From the NCBI GenBank assembly GCA_963841015.1, contig CAWJAX010000005.1, forward strand, positions 384,001 through 448,000: a stretch of DNA of 64,000 nt. The letters are read 5' to 3'. Shown piece after piece: positions 49,860 to 59,889 of this stretch; positions within the stretch are counted from its first letter, which is position 1, and each line of letters opens with the position of its first letter. A program made the position numbers and the translations under genes. Source of the DNA: an uncultured Methanoregulaceae archaeon. Its GTDB lineage: Archaea > Halobacteriota > Methanomicrobia > Methanomicrobiales > Methanospirillaceae. Under the pieces are notes generated by a model. The model was not told the DNA's origin. It ran no database searches and saw only the letters and a program-made list of their open reading frames with translations.

Positions 49860-50510
49860 CTACTCACTCCATCCGCATTCCCCGATAAGTGGAACGAACC
49901 TGACTCCTCCGTGGTGTTCTTCTGTGATAGATCCATCTTTTTTTCTGAGCCGGATGAGCTCCTGGATATCACGCCCCCCCACGGGTGCTACGAGTCTGCC
50001 TCCTTCCCCCAGTTGTTCGATAAGTGGTTGGGGAACTGATGGTGTCGCAGCAGTAATGATGATTCCGTCATAAGGGGCCTTTTGTGGAGAACCGACTGTT
50101 CCATCCCCCACGATAACTTCAACATTCTTAATGCCGACAGTATCAAGGTTTTCCATCGCCAGTCGTGCAACTTCAGGGATCCGCTCAATGGTTGTCACCC
50201 TTCGGACAAGTGCTGCGAGTACGGCAGCCTGGTAACCACACCCTGTTCCAATTTCAAGCACACTATCGGTTTGTCTGGTGGCAAGGAGTTCTGTCATCAG
50301 TCCAACTATATAGGGCTGGGAGATTGTCTGGCCATTCCCTATTGGTAGTGGGCAGTCTTCGTATGCCGATTTTGTATAGGGTAGCGGAACGAAAAGGTGA
50401 CGGGGGATTTCCTTCATTGCTGAGAGTACACGCTGGTCATGTATGCCCCTGGCTGCAATCTGGTACTCCACCATCCTTAAACGCTCGTCGGCTCGTGGAT
50501 ACAGATGCAT
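49860..50510 (-). CDS. pcm: Protein-L-isoaspartate O-methyltransferase
   Basis: QTISQP, LEIGTGCGY, APYD and VRFVPL motifs. Confidence 0.94.
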   Translation of the reverse strand: MHLYPRADERLRMVEYQIAARGIHDQRVLSAMKEIPRHLFVPLPYTKSAYEDCPLPIGNGQTISQPYIVGLMTELLATRQTDSVLEIGTGCGYQAAVLAALVRRVTTIERIPEVARLAMENLDTVGIKNVEVIVGDGTVGSPQKAPYDGIIITAATPSVPQPLIEQLGEGGRLVAPVGGRDIQELIRLRKKDGSITEEHHGGVRFVPLIGECGWSE

Positions 50511-50525
50511 AAGTTCCTTTTTTTT

Positions 50526-51641
50526 TTAAAATCCTGCTTTTTCCGCAACATCAATTGAGGAATCGATCTGCCTTTGCAGTGCTTCGGGAAGTCCGGCAAT
50601 CTTCACATCCAAAAATCCTCTAATAATCGTTGCCGTCGCTTCGTCTTCGTCAAGTCCCCGAGACATCAGGTATTCGATCTCATCCCTGGCAAGCTTGCCA
50701 ACTGCAGCTTCGTGAGAGAGCTCGGTACCGACAACCGAACCTTCAATTTCCGGGATTGCATAAATGACGCCGTCTTTGAGGATAAGTCCCTTGCATTCAA
50801 GATGGCCGCGGGTTCCGGCAGTTTTTCCATTGATGTGACCCCGTGAAATGATAGTACCGCCTTTCGTTATGGCACGGGTGATCAATTCAGCGCTCGCGCC
50901 CTTCCCTTCGAGGATGGCACGGGATCCGAGATCCATAAATGAACCTGGTGTGGATATGACAACACTGCTGAATCGTGCGACCGAGTTGGCTCCCTTGAGT
51001 GTTGCTGTCGGGTACATCTGAATTTTTTTCACGGGCTGCATACAGACATAGTTGGAAAGGAAAACGCCGTTATCTTCAATGATGGAGGCGCTTCTCGGGT
51101 ACACTTCAATGTTCTCACTCCAGTTGTGGATCATCGTGAAACTGATCTTGGCATTTTTTTTCACAAAGAACTCAGAGATGCCGTAGTGGGCGCCGCCTTT
51201 GCCCACATGCGCCCCACTTGTGCATCCTGAAATGATGTGGAGCTCAGCGCCTTCTTCGGCAACAATAATATTGTGGACATGCTGGATCTGTTCCCTCCCA
51301 AGATAGAGGCAGGCCTGGATGGGGAGAATATTGTTCGAACCCTTGTGGGCAATGATAACATAACCCTTGGGGTCTTTCTGGGCTGCAACGTATTTCGTGA
51401 TGTCATCTTTTTCCGGTGATACTGCCTGCCAGGTATACTCTTTCAGGCCGTCGTATTTTTCCATTGCTTTCTTGAACGATAGGACCTCTATCCCCTGCTG
51501 TGAGCATTCAGCCTGGACGATATCCTGATCCATCTGGAGATAGCTGCCACAACGGTTTGTCATGGCAAGATCGATTCCGGCCTGGGCAACGCGATCCTGA
51601 TCGGATTTTGAAAGTTCAGGGACTTTTACTGGTGACGGCAT
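50526..51641 (-). CDS. sufB: SufB/SufD-family Fe-S scaffold (SmsB type)
   Basis: GHLECKGL, LSHEAAVG and YLMSRGL motifs; ATG at 51641 after AGGAG. Confidence 0.88.
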   Translation of the reverse strand: MPSPVKVPELSKSDQDRVAQAGIDLAMTNRCGSYLQMDQDIVQAECSQQGIEVLSFKKAMEKYDGLKEYTWQAVSPEKDDITKYVAAQKDPKGYVIIAHKGSNNILPIQACLYLGREQIQHVHNIIVAEEGAELHIISGCTSGAHVGKGGAHYGISEFFVKKNAKISFTMIHNWSENIEVYPRSASIIEDNGVFLSNYVCMQPVKKIQMYPTATLKGANSVARFSSVVISTPGSFMDLGSRAILEGKGASAELITRAITKGGTIISRGHINGKTAGTRGHLECKGLILKDGVIYAIPEIEGSVVGTELSHEAAVGKLARDEIEYLMSRGLDEDEATATIIRGFLDVKIAGLPEALQRQIDSSIDVAEKAGF

Positions 51642-52357
51642 TCGAGACACTCCTTGTATCCGCGTTGTTTGATATCTTTTAAGATTTCACGGGGGTTCCC
51701 GTGACACTTGATCTCTCCCTCACACATCACGTGCCCCTTGTCAGCATCAAGATAATCAAGGATAAAACCGGTGTGCGTGATAACAAGTCCGCTTTTTTTA
51801 CGCTTGATAAGATGCTTGTCTTTTTCCAGCAGTGAACCTATGGCGGTACCGATAAGTGAGATGTTTTCCAGATCAACCCCGCTTTCCGGTTCATCGAGCA
51901 TGACGAATTCAGGGTTCTGAATCATCAGTTGCAGTACCTCACTGCGTTTGATCTCTCCCCCAGAAAATCCCTTGTTGATATCGCGCTCTAAAAATTTGTC
52001 CATATGAACGGATTTGGCAAGCTCTGGAATGTTTTCCTCCTTGCTCCGGGAAATGGCGGTGAGCATTTTGCCAAGCTTCAATCCGGATATAGTGGGCGGG
52101 CGCTGGAAGAGCATCCCAATCCCTCGCTTCGCCCGTTCATTCGCTTTCATCGCTGTCACATCTTCTCCTTTGAAGATAATTTTTCCCTCAGTTATCGTGT
52201 AGTTGGCAAATCCCATTATTGTCATCAGGAGTGTTGTTTTACCCGAACCGTTGGGCCCGAGCAGAACATGGGTTTCCCCTTCATCAATGTGGAGATTTAT
52301 GTCGTGCAACACCTCTTTGTCGCCGACTTTCACATGCAGATCTTCAATATGCAGCAT
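51626..52357 (-). CDS. sufC: SufC-like ABC ATPase (SmsC type)
   Basis: GPNGSGKT, FSGGE and LDEPESGVD motifs; C-terminal CLEC. Confidence 0.9.
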   Translation of the reverse strand: MLHIEDLHVKVGDKEVLHDINLHIDEGETHVLLGPNGSGKTTLLMTIMGFANYTITEGKIIFKGEDVTAMKANERAKRGIGMLFQRPPTISGLKLGKMLTAISRSKEENIPELAKSVHMDKFLERDINKGFSGGEIKRSEVLQLMIQNPEFVMLDEPESGVDLENISLIGTAIGSLLEKDKHLIKRKKSGLVITHTGFILDYLDADKGHVMCEGEIKCHGNPREILKDIKQRGYKECLECRHQ

Positions 52358-52478
52358 AGAACAATCGTAGAGATTATGTCGATTACTACATTAAACGCTT
52401 TTCAAGATACTAAAAAAAATGATAATATTTCGGATCTTTTAACACATCATCTGATATAGTACACACAGGATATTTTCC

Positions 52479-53390
52479 ATGAGACCTGAAAAGGTACAGG
52501 ACAAAAAGGGAAAGTCGATTGTCAGGAAAGGTTCAAAGGGTGCAAAAAATTCAGTATTCTCCAGCGAACCGCGTGAGATTTTACCATTTATCAACCGCAT
52601 CCTATGTACGGATGCCCTCAAGGCACTGGCGTGTTTACCGGATCAGAGTATCGACCTGATAATCACGTCTCCTCCCTATAATTTCGGGCAAGAGTACGCA
52701 CAGGACTCCACGAACGATACTCACGAGTGGACCAGTTATTTTGAAAAACTCCTTACTGTGTGGTGTGAGTGTGAGCGGGTGCTCAAGACTGGTGGCCGGA
52801 TCGCAGTAAATATCCAGCCCCTTTTCTCGGATTACGTCCCCACTCACCACGTTATTTCTCACCAGCTTGCCAGTCTTGGTCTTCTCTGGAAAGCAGAGTT
52901 CCTCTGGGAGAAGAATAACTATAACGCAAAGTATACTGCATGGGGGAGCTGGAAATCCCCGTCAATGCCTTATATAAAATATACCTGGGAGTTTATCGAA
53001 GTCTTTGACAAGGTTACCCACAAGAAAGAAGGGCGGCGGGAGGATATCGATATCACGGGTGATGAATTCAAGGAATGGGTACTCGGCAAGTGGTCGTTTC
53101 CCCCGGAGATCCGCATGAAAGATTACGATCATCCCGCGATGTTTCCCGAGGAGCTGCCCCGGCGTTTGATGAAACTTTTTTCATACAAAAACGACATTGT
53201 CCTTGACCCGTTCAATGGTGCAGGGACAACGACACTTGTTGCATGGAAACTGCACCGGCGCTTTATTGGTATTGATATTTCGCAACAATACTGTGATACA
53301 GCGTTACAGCGACTTGTCAACGAGGCGGAAACTGGTGGAGGGTCTTCACCTGAATACCCCCTGCCTTCTTTTATGCCGATGAATCCCTAA
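52479..53390 (+). CDS. Orphan site-specific DNA methyltransferase (beta class, N4-C or N6-A)
   Basis: Catalytic TSPPY precedes HPAMFP and the SAM-binding DPFNGAGTT; no endonuclease gene adjacent. Confidence 0.9.
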   Translation: MRPEKVQDKKGKSIVRKGSKGAKNSVFSSEPREILPFINRILCTDALKALACLPDQSIDLIITSPPYNFGQEYAQDSTNDTHEWTSYFEKLLTVWCECERVLKTGGRIAVNIQPLFSDYVPTHHVISHQLASLGLLWKAEFLWEKNNYNAKYTAWGSWKSPSMPYIKYTWEFIEVFDKVTHKKEGRREDIDITGDEFKEWVLGKWSFPPEIRMKDYDHPAMFPEELPRRLMKLFSYKNDIVLDPFNGAGTTTLVAWKLHRRFIGIDISQQYCDTALQRLVNEAETGGGSSPEYPLPSFMPMNP

Positions 53391-53414
53391 AAGAATAAGT
53401 GATTGCTGGCCATT

Positions 53415-54539
53415 TCAGGACGGCATGTTCTTTTTAACATATTCAAACACACCTTTCCTGTCATACATGTGCTCAAGGATATAATTGTGAACAAGGGCAT
53501 ATTTTTCATATCGGGAAAAAAGCTCCCTGTACGCGTTCAGCCTGGAATTGTAATCTGAAACAAGGGTATTATGAACGGCTACCTGCGCGTTGTAACTGTT
53601 ACTATTTCCGGTATTTCGTATCTCCTGGATTTGTAATTTAAGCTGTGCAATTTTTTCCTTTTGGTAAGTTAGATCAGACTCCATGTTTTTTACCTCGGGT
53701 TCGAGTTCCTTTACTTTCAGGTCCGACAGCACATACATATCGTGAATATGCCGGGTCTCACTTCCTCGGGTGTAGAATTTTGTGCCATTGCTGATGGGGA
53801 TTATAACAGGATCTGAATACAGGATCAGGTTTCCCCCCAGTTTTTCTGTCGGCACCCCGACAAACGAATAATTGGTAGTTTCAATAAAGGTATAGCCAGT
53901 GTTTTTGTAGAGATATTTGTCTGATCCAACTCCAACTGCCATATGAGATTCAGGTACGAACAGGAGCAGGGCGACCGGATACCCTTCCCGTGACAAGAGC
54001 CCGGCTAAAAGCAGGCTTTTGTCATCGCAGTCCCCTGCACGGTCAACAACTGTCTCTACAGGAAATTTTGCCGGGTTCTGCTCCCTTGTTTCATACCTGA
54101 GGGACTGGGTATAGACGGTGATGAGTTCGAAATATTCGTCATCGGAAAGTTTTTCCTGGAGCTTGATTTTGTCAGCTTCTGCCAGAATTGCGCTATAGAG
54201 GCTGTCCTGTGATGGATCCTGTACCATTGCACGGTAACTTTGAGCAAGCCAGACTGTTTCTGAGATATTACCATACACCGTTGTGGCCTTTTCTGCCTGC
54301 CTTGCCCCCTCATAAACCGAAACATTGATGGGAACTGTCAGGAAGATCGTAGTTTTTTCGAACGGGAATTGATGGGAAATAATCATCGGGGATGACCGGA
54401 GACTGGTGAGATCGGGAGCAATATGAGGCGCAATTACCGCTTCTTTGGGAAAAACAACGGAACTTATCAGCACCGCTGTTAATACCAGGATAATAATGAA
54501 TAAACATGCACCCATGAGTTGGAGAAACCGGTTATACAT
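53415..54539 (-). CDS. Membrane-anchored transglutaminase-like protein with C-terminal coiled coil
   Basis: N-terminal TM helix; GDCDDKS, HMAVG and IETT motifs; heptad-rich C-terminus. Confidence 0.75.
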   Translation of the reverse strand: MYNRFLQLMGACLFIIILVLTAVLISSVVFPKEAVIAPHIAPDLTSLRSSPMIISHQFPFEKTTIFLTVPINVSVYEGARQAEKATTVYGNISETVWLAQSYRAMVQDPSQDSLYSAILAEADKIKLQEKLSDDEYFELITVYTQSLRYETREQNPAKFPVETVVDRAGDCDDKSLLLAGLLSREGYPVALLLFVPESHMAVGVGSDKYLYKNTGYTFIETTNYSFVGVPTEKLGGNLILYSDPVIIPISNGTKFYTRGSETRHIHDMYVLSDLKVKELEPEVKNMESDLTYQKEKIAQLKLQIQEIRNTGNSNSYNAQVAVHNTLVSDYNSRLNAYRELFSRYEKYALVHNYILEHMYDRKGVFEYVKKNMPS

Positions 54540-54576
54540 TATTCACGCTTTATACCCGTATTGTTTGTCTGATATA

Positions 54577-55344
54577 TTACAAAATATCCTCTAACTGAGC
54601 AATTGAATCAATAATAAAGCCGGGTTTAATCACCGCATTATCCAACGCCTCTTTCCGGTATTTTCCCGTTCGGACAAGTATACCCTGCATACCTATGGAA
54701 CGGGCTCCGCCAATATCGGTGAGAATATCATCCCCTATCATTGCCACCTGGTCAGCACGGAGTCCCATATCCCGAAGCGCAAGCTCAAAGAACGTTTTTG
54801 AGGGTTTTCCCACGATCATCGCTGTCCTGCCGGTTGCAAATTCGAGAGCCTGGACAAACGGACCTGCTGAAAGTGAGAGACCCTCCGGCGCCATCCAGTA
54901 CCGATCCTTCTCCAAGGCAATCAGGTCAGCGCCGTTCATCAGATGACGAAAAGCAGTGTTCATGCTGTCATACGTTATTTTATCGCCGGCATCACCCACA
55001 ACAACCACATCGACTTTGCGGGAATCGTCACCGGTGCATTCCTGTTCAAAATCCTGGTAAGCGTCGCCCGTTATCATAAGGTAACAATGGTGCTTTCCGG
55101 TCTTTTTCATCCAGGTGACAGCAGCGAGCGGGGGAGTGAAGATGTGCTCGACAGGAATGTCAAATCCCCGCTTTGAGAGCTGCTCCGCAACAGTTTTGCG
55201 GCATTTACGGGTAGTATTGGAAACAAACCTGAACTGGTATTTTTGGTCGCTGATAAGTTCGATGGATTCCCGGGCGCCTTTGACCGTCTGGTCTCCAACA
55301 TATAAAACACCGTCAAGATCGATGAGAAACCCTTTTACATCCAT
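54577..55344 (-). CDS. HAD-IIA hydrolase (LHPP-like)
   Basis: DLDGV, SNTT, GKP, GDD-TD and TGKY motifs; ATG at 55344 after GGAGGTGG. Confidence 0.9.
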   Translation of the reverse strand: MDVKGFLIDLDGVLYVGDQTVKGARESIELISDQKYQFRFVSNTTRKCRKTVAEQLSKRGFDIPVEHIFTPPLAAVTWMKKTGKHHCYLMITGDAYQDFEQECTGDDSRKVDVVVVGDAGDKITYDSMNTAFRHLMNGADLIALEKDRYWMAPEGLSLSAGPFVQALEFATGRTAMIVGKPSKTFFELALRDMGLRADQVAMIGDDILTDIGGARSIGMQGILVRTGKYRKEALDNAVIKPGFIIDSIAQLEDIL

Positions 55345-55727
55345 TCTTTCATCCCACCTCCAGAACTGCCGAAATCCAGTCAGGATACTGTATCGAACAC
55401 TGGCAAATAAGGTATTGTTCTCTGAATCAGAAATATTATCGGCCAAAACTTATCAGTCAGACACTTCCTGCCTTGACGAGAATTTAGCGTTAACGGATAA
55501 AGTGGTGAAGAGATTGTTGAATGGGATTTCCATAACTATATTGAGTTACTCAGCAATGAACATTAAAAACGTCTCTTTCTGTTAATCAGATGACCCTGGA
55601 TAAAGGGAATCCGGAAAAAGGATTTTCAGGCAGTTTACCTTTGCATACATTTCAACCTGAGGCTGATTACTTTCACCCCACACGGATGGATAATTTAAAT
55701 CCCTGCCAACATTTTTGTATTCAGACG

Positions 55728-56810
55728 ATGTCGGCCACCCCTGCTCCCGCGCGGATTGGTTCCCTCTGGCAGCAGCGCCTGGACTCGATGAGGGAATACG
55801 AAGTCGTCCGTGATGGCAACGTTTTTGCAACCGGCTTTGCAAACAGCATGGTCTTTTCCTCAGATTATGAAAAGGCCCGTGACCATCTTGATGGACTCGT
55901 AACGAAGTACCGGAACGTGAGGTTTGAAGACGTCTTTTCGGGAAGTGAGATAGTCAATGAAAGCGGGGCCTGCTTTTTTCAAAAAACCAGACAGGATATC
56001 AGGATCCCGGCGCTAGATATTGACCGGTTCAGGTCAGAAATCTTAAAAGACCTTACCCTTGTGCATGGTATCGGACCAAGAACACAAACACGACTGAAGT
56101 CGAAAGGATACCAGACATTACCTGATCTGGTGCAGCACCCGAAATTCCGTTCACCGGCAAACGATGTGCTGAAATGCCTGCAGGGTGGTAGTTCAACAGA
56201 AATTATGGATTTAATTGGCTACAGGCATGCAAAATCCCATCCGGGAGTTCTGGGGGCGGCTGGACTCCACGAACCGGAAGATTACGTATTTCTTGACATT
56301 GAAACTCTCGGTCTTTTTTCCCGCCCTATTATCCTTTTTGGGGTGGGTAAGGTAGAGAATGGCAATCTCAATGTCCACCAGTACCTGCTCCGCGATATCA
56401 GTGAAGAACAGTCGGCACTGACCGCGACAATTGATCATCTGTCCGGAGAACAACCGGCACTGATAACCTTTAATGGCAAATCGTTTGACGTTCCTTACAT
56501 CTTGGACCGGCTTGCTTACTATGACATGGGTAATTTTGGCAGAATACCTCACTTCGATGTTCTTCACTTCAGCCGCAGGAGATGGAAAGACCGTCTCCAG
56601 TCCCTTCGACTGGCCGCGCTTGAAACGGCCATCCTTGGCATCCGCCGTGATGACGATATTCCGGGGCAGATGGTGCCGGAATTCTATGAAACTTACCTGA
56701 GAACAGGGAACTGCGGACCCCTCGTTCCCATTATTGAACACAATAAACAGGACGTGGTCTCGCTCGCACTACTCTTTTTTTACCTGATGGGGGAGTTTTA
56801 TGGCTGTTGA
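55728..56810 (+). CDS. YprB/MrfB-like RNase H-fold exonuclease with helix-hairpin-helix motif
   Basis: LVHGIGP HhH motif; FLDIET, TFNGKSFD and HNKQD DEDD-type motifs; AT-rich box about 30 nt upstream of ATG 55728. Confidence 0.85.
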   Translation: MSATPAPARIGSLWQQRLDSMREYEVVRDGNVFATGFANSMVFSSDYEKARDHLDGLVTKYRNVRFEDVFSGSEIVNESGACFFQKTRQDIRIPALDIDRFRSEILKDLTLVHGIGPRTQTRLKSKGYQTLPDLVQHPKFRSPANDVLKCLQGGSSTEIMDLIGYRHAKSHPGVLGAAGLHEPEDYVFLDIETLGLFSRPIILFGVGKVENGNLNVHQYLLRDISEEQSALTATIDHLSGEQPALITFNGKSFDVPYILDRLAYYDMGNFGRIPHFDVLHFSRRRWKDRLQSLRLAALETAILGIRRDDDIPGQMVPEFYETYLRTGNCGPLVPIIEHNKQDVVSLALLFFYLMGEFYGC

Positions 56811-59109
56811 TGATGTTCTCCGTCTCCTTGAGGTTAACCCCGTATACCGGAACCGGGTAGTGCATGTAGAAACAATCATACCGGTCCCCCCCCGTTTTGG
56901 GAAACTCCGGGTACTTCTTGGCGATTCGCTTGAATCGTATCTTGGACAGCATCGGATTCAACTCTACTCTCACCAGTGCGAAGCGATAAACCGTATACGG
57001 TCCGGGAAAAATGTGATCATCACCACTCCGACAGCCAGCGGCAAAACTCTTGCTTTTAATCTTCCGGTATTTGATTGGCTTGAATCAGACCCGGAGGTAC
57101 GAGCCCTTTACCTGTACCCGACAAAAGCCCTCTCCAACGATCAGCTTATTACCCTTGAACAGATGGCGAAATTCACCGGTATATCAGCACGGCCGGCTAT
57201 CTACGATGGTGATACCCCTCAGTCAAAAAGGGCAGCGATTCGTGAGAACTCACGAGTCATCATCTCCAACCCTCATGAACTCCACCAGGTGCTGTCCTGG
57301 CATGCGAAGTGGCGCCCGTTCTTTTCTCACCTGAAATTTATCGTGATAGATGAGGCGCATCGATACCGGGGAGTCTTCGGATCTCATATTGCTTTGCTAA
57401 TCAGGAGACTTGTGCGCCTGTGCCATTTTTATGGCTCCTCCCCACAGTTCATTCTCTCGACAGCAACTCTTGCTAATCCGCTGGAGTTTGCCGGCAAGCT
57501 TACAGGACAGCAATTCGATCTTGTGGATGAGGACGGTTCTCCCCACGGGAGGAAACACTTTGTCCTCTACAACCCTTTTTACGATGGTATCGGTGAACGC
57601 TCCACGTACCAGGAGACAAAAGATATCCTGGTGTCCTGTGTGAAAGAGGATCTCCAGACACTTTGTTTCACCGGGTCCCGGAAAATGGCTGAACTTATTA
57701 CCCTCTGGGCCCGGGAAGATGCACGTCGCTCATCTGCCCGTCTTGCAGAATCGATATCAGCCTACCGTGCCGGCTATCTTCCCGAAGAACGGCGCCGTAT
57801 TGAACGCAGCCTGAAAGAGAGTGCCATGAAGGGTGTCGTTTCAACGAACGCACTTGAACTCGGGATCGATGTTGGATCGCTGGATGCAGTCATCATTGCC
57901 GGCTATCCCGGTACAATGATGTCGACCTGGCAGCAGGCAGGGAGGGCCGGGAGGAAAGGGGGTGATTCACTCGCGATCCTTGTTGCTTTTGCAAATCCAC
58001 TCGACCAGTATTTCATGAACCACCCTCAACACTTTTTCAGCCGATCGCACGAGCATGCGATCATAGATACCCGAAATCCTTACATTGTTTCCGGGCACCT
58101 GCTCTGCGCTGCTGCCGAACTGCCCCTCAGAGATGACCCTGATCGCGAGTATTTCGGTGAGCTGTTTCCTGAGCTCCTCTCTGAACTTGCGTCCAGTGTT
58201 CTTATCAGAAAAACAAGCCGGGGATGGGTATATTCCGGACGGGGAAGAGCCGCGGATGCAGTGAGGCTCGATGGCATTCCCGGTTCAACATTCCGTGTCC
58301 TCTGCCATGGCCGGCTGCTCGAGACAATGGACCGGGCGCAGGCATATCGTGAAGCACATAAGGGAGCGATCATGTTGCACCAGGGAGAGACATATGTTGT
58401 CAGCGAAATGGACCTGGAGACCAATACCATCCGGGTAACAGCGACCGACGTGGATTACTACACCCAGCCGCTCAAAGAGGTTGATCTCTCGATTATTGAG
58501 ACCCTGAAGACCTGTCTGGTACAGGGTGCGCGGTGTGCATTTGGGGAAGTAGAAGTAACGGAACGGTATACCGGCTACAAAATCAAGCGCAAAGACACTA
58601 TCATCGGTTTGGAACCCCTTGATCTGCCTCCGATCACTTTCAGGACAAAGGCGTTCTGGGTTATACCCGCACCGGACACCGAACAATGTGTTAAACATTT
58701 AAACCTCGATCTCGCTGGCGGGCTGCATGGCTCTGAACACGCGATAATCGCTCTCATGCCCATGCATGTTATGTGTGATCGATGGGACATCGGCGGATTA
58801 TCGTCTCCGGCGTTTGGTGAGAATTGCGAACCGGTGATTTTTGTCTATGATGGTTATGAAGGGGGGATTGGGCTTGCAGAGAAAGCGTACGAGATTCTTC
58901 CCGATGTGTTTTTGACTGCACATGCACTGGTCCGTGACTGCGGGTGTGAGGATGGGTGTCCTTCCTGCATTTACTCGCCCAAATGCGGGAATGATAACCA
59001 GCCGCTCGATAAAAAAGGAACAATACTGATCCTCGAGGATTTGTGTGCTCTTCAGGAAAAAAGTGAATGTTCCCGATTATCTGCCGAACCCGGCCAGGCA
59101 ATTCCATAA
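56800..59109 (+). CDS. DEAH-box helicase with C-terminal DUF1998 (YprA/MrfA/Hrq1-like)
   Basis: TASGKT, DEAH, QQAGRAGR, YDGYEGGIG and CGCEDGCPSC motifs. Confidence 0.92.
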   Translation: MAVDDVLRLLEVNPVYRNRVVHVETIIPVPPRFGKLRVLLGDSLESYLGQHRIQLYSHQCEAINRIRSGKNVIITTPTASGKTLAFNLPVFDWLESDPEVRALYLYPTKALSNDQLITLEQMAKFTGISARPAIYDGDTPQSKRAAIRENSRVIISNPHELHQVLSWHAKWRPFFSHLKFIVIDEAHRYRGVFGSHIALLIRRLVRLCHFYGSSPQFILSTATLANPLEFAGKLTGQQFDLVDEDGSPHGRKHFVLYNPFYDGIGERSTYQETKDILVSCVKEDLQTLCFTGSRKMAELITLWAREDARRSSARLAESISAYRAGYLPEERRRIERSLKESAMKGVVSTNALELGIDVGSLDAVIIAGYPGTMMSTWQQAGRAGRKGGDSLAILVAFANPLDQYFMNHPQHFFSRSHEHAIIDTRNPYIVSGHLLCAAAELPLRDDPDREYFGELFPELLSELASSVLIRKTSRGWVYSGRGRAADAVRLDGIPGSTFRVLCHGRLLETMDRAQAYREAHKGAIMLHQGETYVVSEMDLETNTIRVTATDVDYYTQPLKEVDLSIIETLKTCLVQGARCAFGEVEVTERYTGYKIKRKDTIIGLEPLDLPPITFRTKAFWVIPAPDTEQCVKHLNLDLAGGLHGSEHAIIALMPMHVMCDRWDIGGLSSPAFGENCEPVIFVYDGYEGGIGLAEKAYEILPDVFLTAHALVRDCGCEDGCPSCIYSPKCGNDNQPLDKKGTILILEDLCALQEKSECSRLSAEPGQAIP

Positions 59110-59121
59110 TCCGGGGAATTT

Positions 59122-59355
59122 TCAATCGATAAGTATTACACGATGTTCCGGGTTCTCCGGCTCATCATCAAAGATAAACAGATCATCTATCCCTGCATGC
59201 AGGGTACGGGCAACATCGTGTGCGAGCCTGAGGGATGGATTATACTTTCCCTGCTCTAAAAAGACGATTGTCTCCCGTCGAACGCCCACTTTTTTGGCGA
59301 GGTCGTCCTGAGTCATGGATAAGCGGGAACGGTACTCTTTTATTCTTGTCTGCAC
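59122..59355 (-). CDS. XRE-family HTH transcriptional regulator
   Basis: [28 protein letters not shown]; GTG start after GGAG. Confidence 0.9.
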   Translation of the reverse strand: MQTRIKEYRSRLSMTQDDLAKKVGVRRETIVFLEQGKYNPSLRLAHDVARTLHAGIDDLFIFDDEPENPEHRVILID

Positions 59356-59376
59356 GGGTATACACTCCAAAATATG

Positions 59377-59772
59377 TTATTCAACATCCCCTCTCTTGAA
59401 CAGGTACATCTGATAAAGCACGGCAGATATTGCAAGCACCATCAAGGAGAGCGCGAGTACAACCTGTGTTCCTAAACGGAGGATGCCCGTGATGTCCAGC
59501 CAGTACAATACTGAAATAAATATAATTCCTGTCAGCCAGGCATAAGAGAGACCATAGGCGCCAATTTTTTTCGATCGCTCATCGGATTCGGGACCATCCT
59601 TATATTGGTGGTGTCGAAGGATTCCAACAACCAGAAATGCACATCCTCCCGTGATGAGAATCATGCTGAAAATAGATCCGCCCGGTTCGAAAACGGAACT
59701 AATGAGGCCGCTCACCAGCATAAGTGTACCGATAATGATACGGTAGAAGTTTCTTTGTAGCATTTTTCCCAT
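59377..59772 (-). CDS. Small membrane protein (DUF2178-like)
   Basis: About four TM segments and a DERSKKI motif; directly upstream of the XRE gene. Confidence 0.78.
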   Translation of the reverse strand: MGKMLQRNFYRIIIGTLMLVSGLISSVFEPGGSIFSMILITGGCAFLVVGILRHHQYKDGPESDERSKKIGAYGLSYAWLTGIIFISVLYWLDITGILRLGTQVVLALSLMVLAISAVLYQMYLFKRGDVE

Positions 59773-59778
59773 ATCCTT

Positions 59779-59828
59779 TGTTATCTATTTCTAACATTCA
59801 GGATTATAAATGTTATCTATTTCTAACA
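59779..59828. promoter_or_regulatory. Duplicated palindromic operator flanking a TATA box
   Basis: TGTTATCTATTTCTAACA occurs identically at 59779-59796 and 59811-59828; minus-strand TTTATAAT lies between them. Confidence 0.75.
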
Positions 59829-59889
59829 CGACATCCATGGAATCCATACGATAATTTCAGGATTACTAAGGGAAAAAGAGAGAGAAAAA

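Noticed and set aside
52479-59109. Methylase, nuclease and DUF1998 helicase as a DISARM-like defence island
   Set aside because: No DrmA, DrmC or SNF2 partner is present. Two unrelated opposite-strand genes separate the methylase from the pair, which fits the MrfAB repair type better.
59779-59828. CRISPR mini-array
   Set aside because: There are only two 18-bp copies with a 14-bp gap containing a TATA box, and no cas genes; an operator pair is the better explanation.
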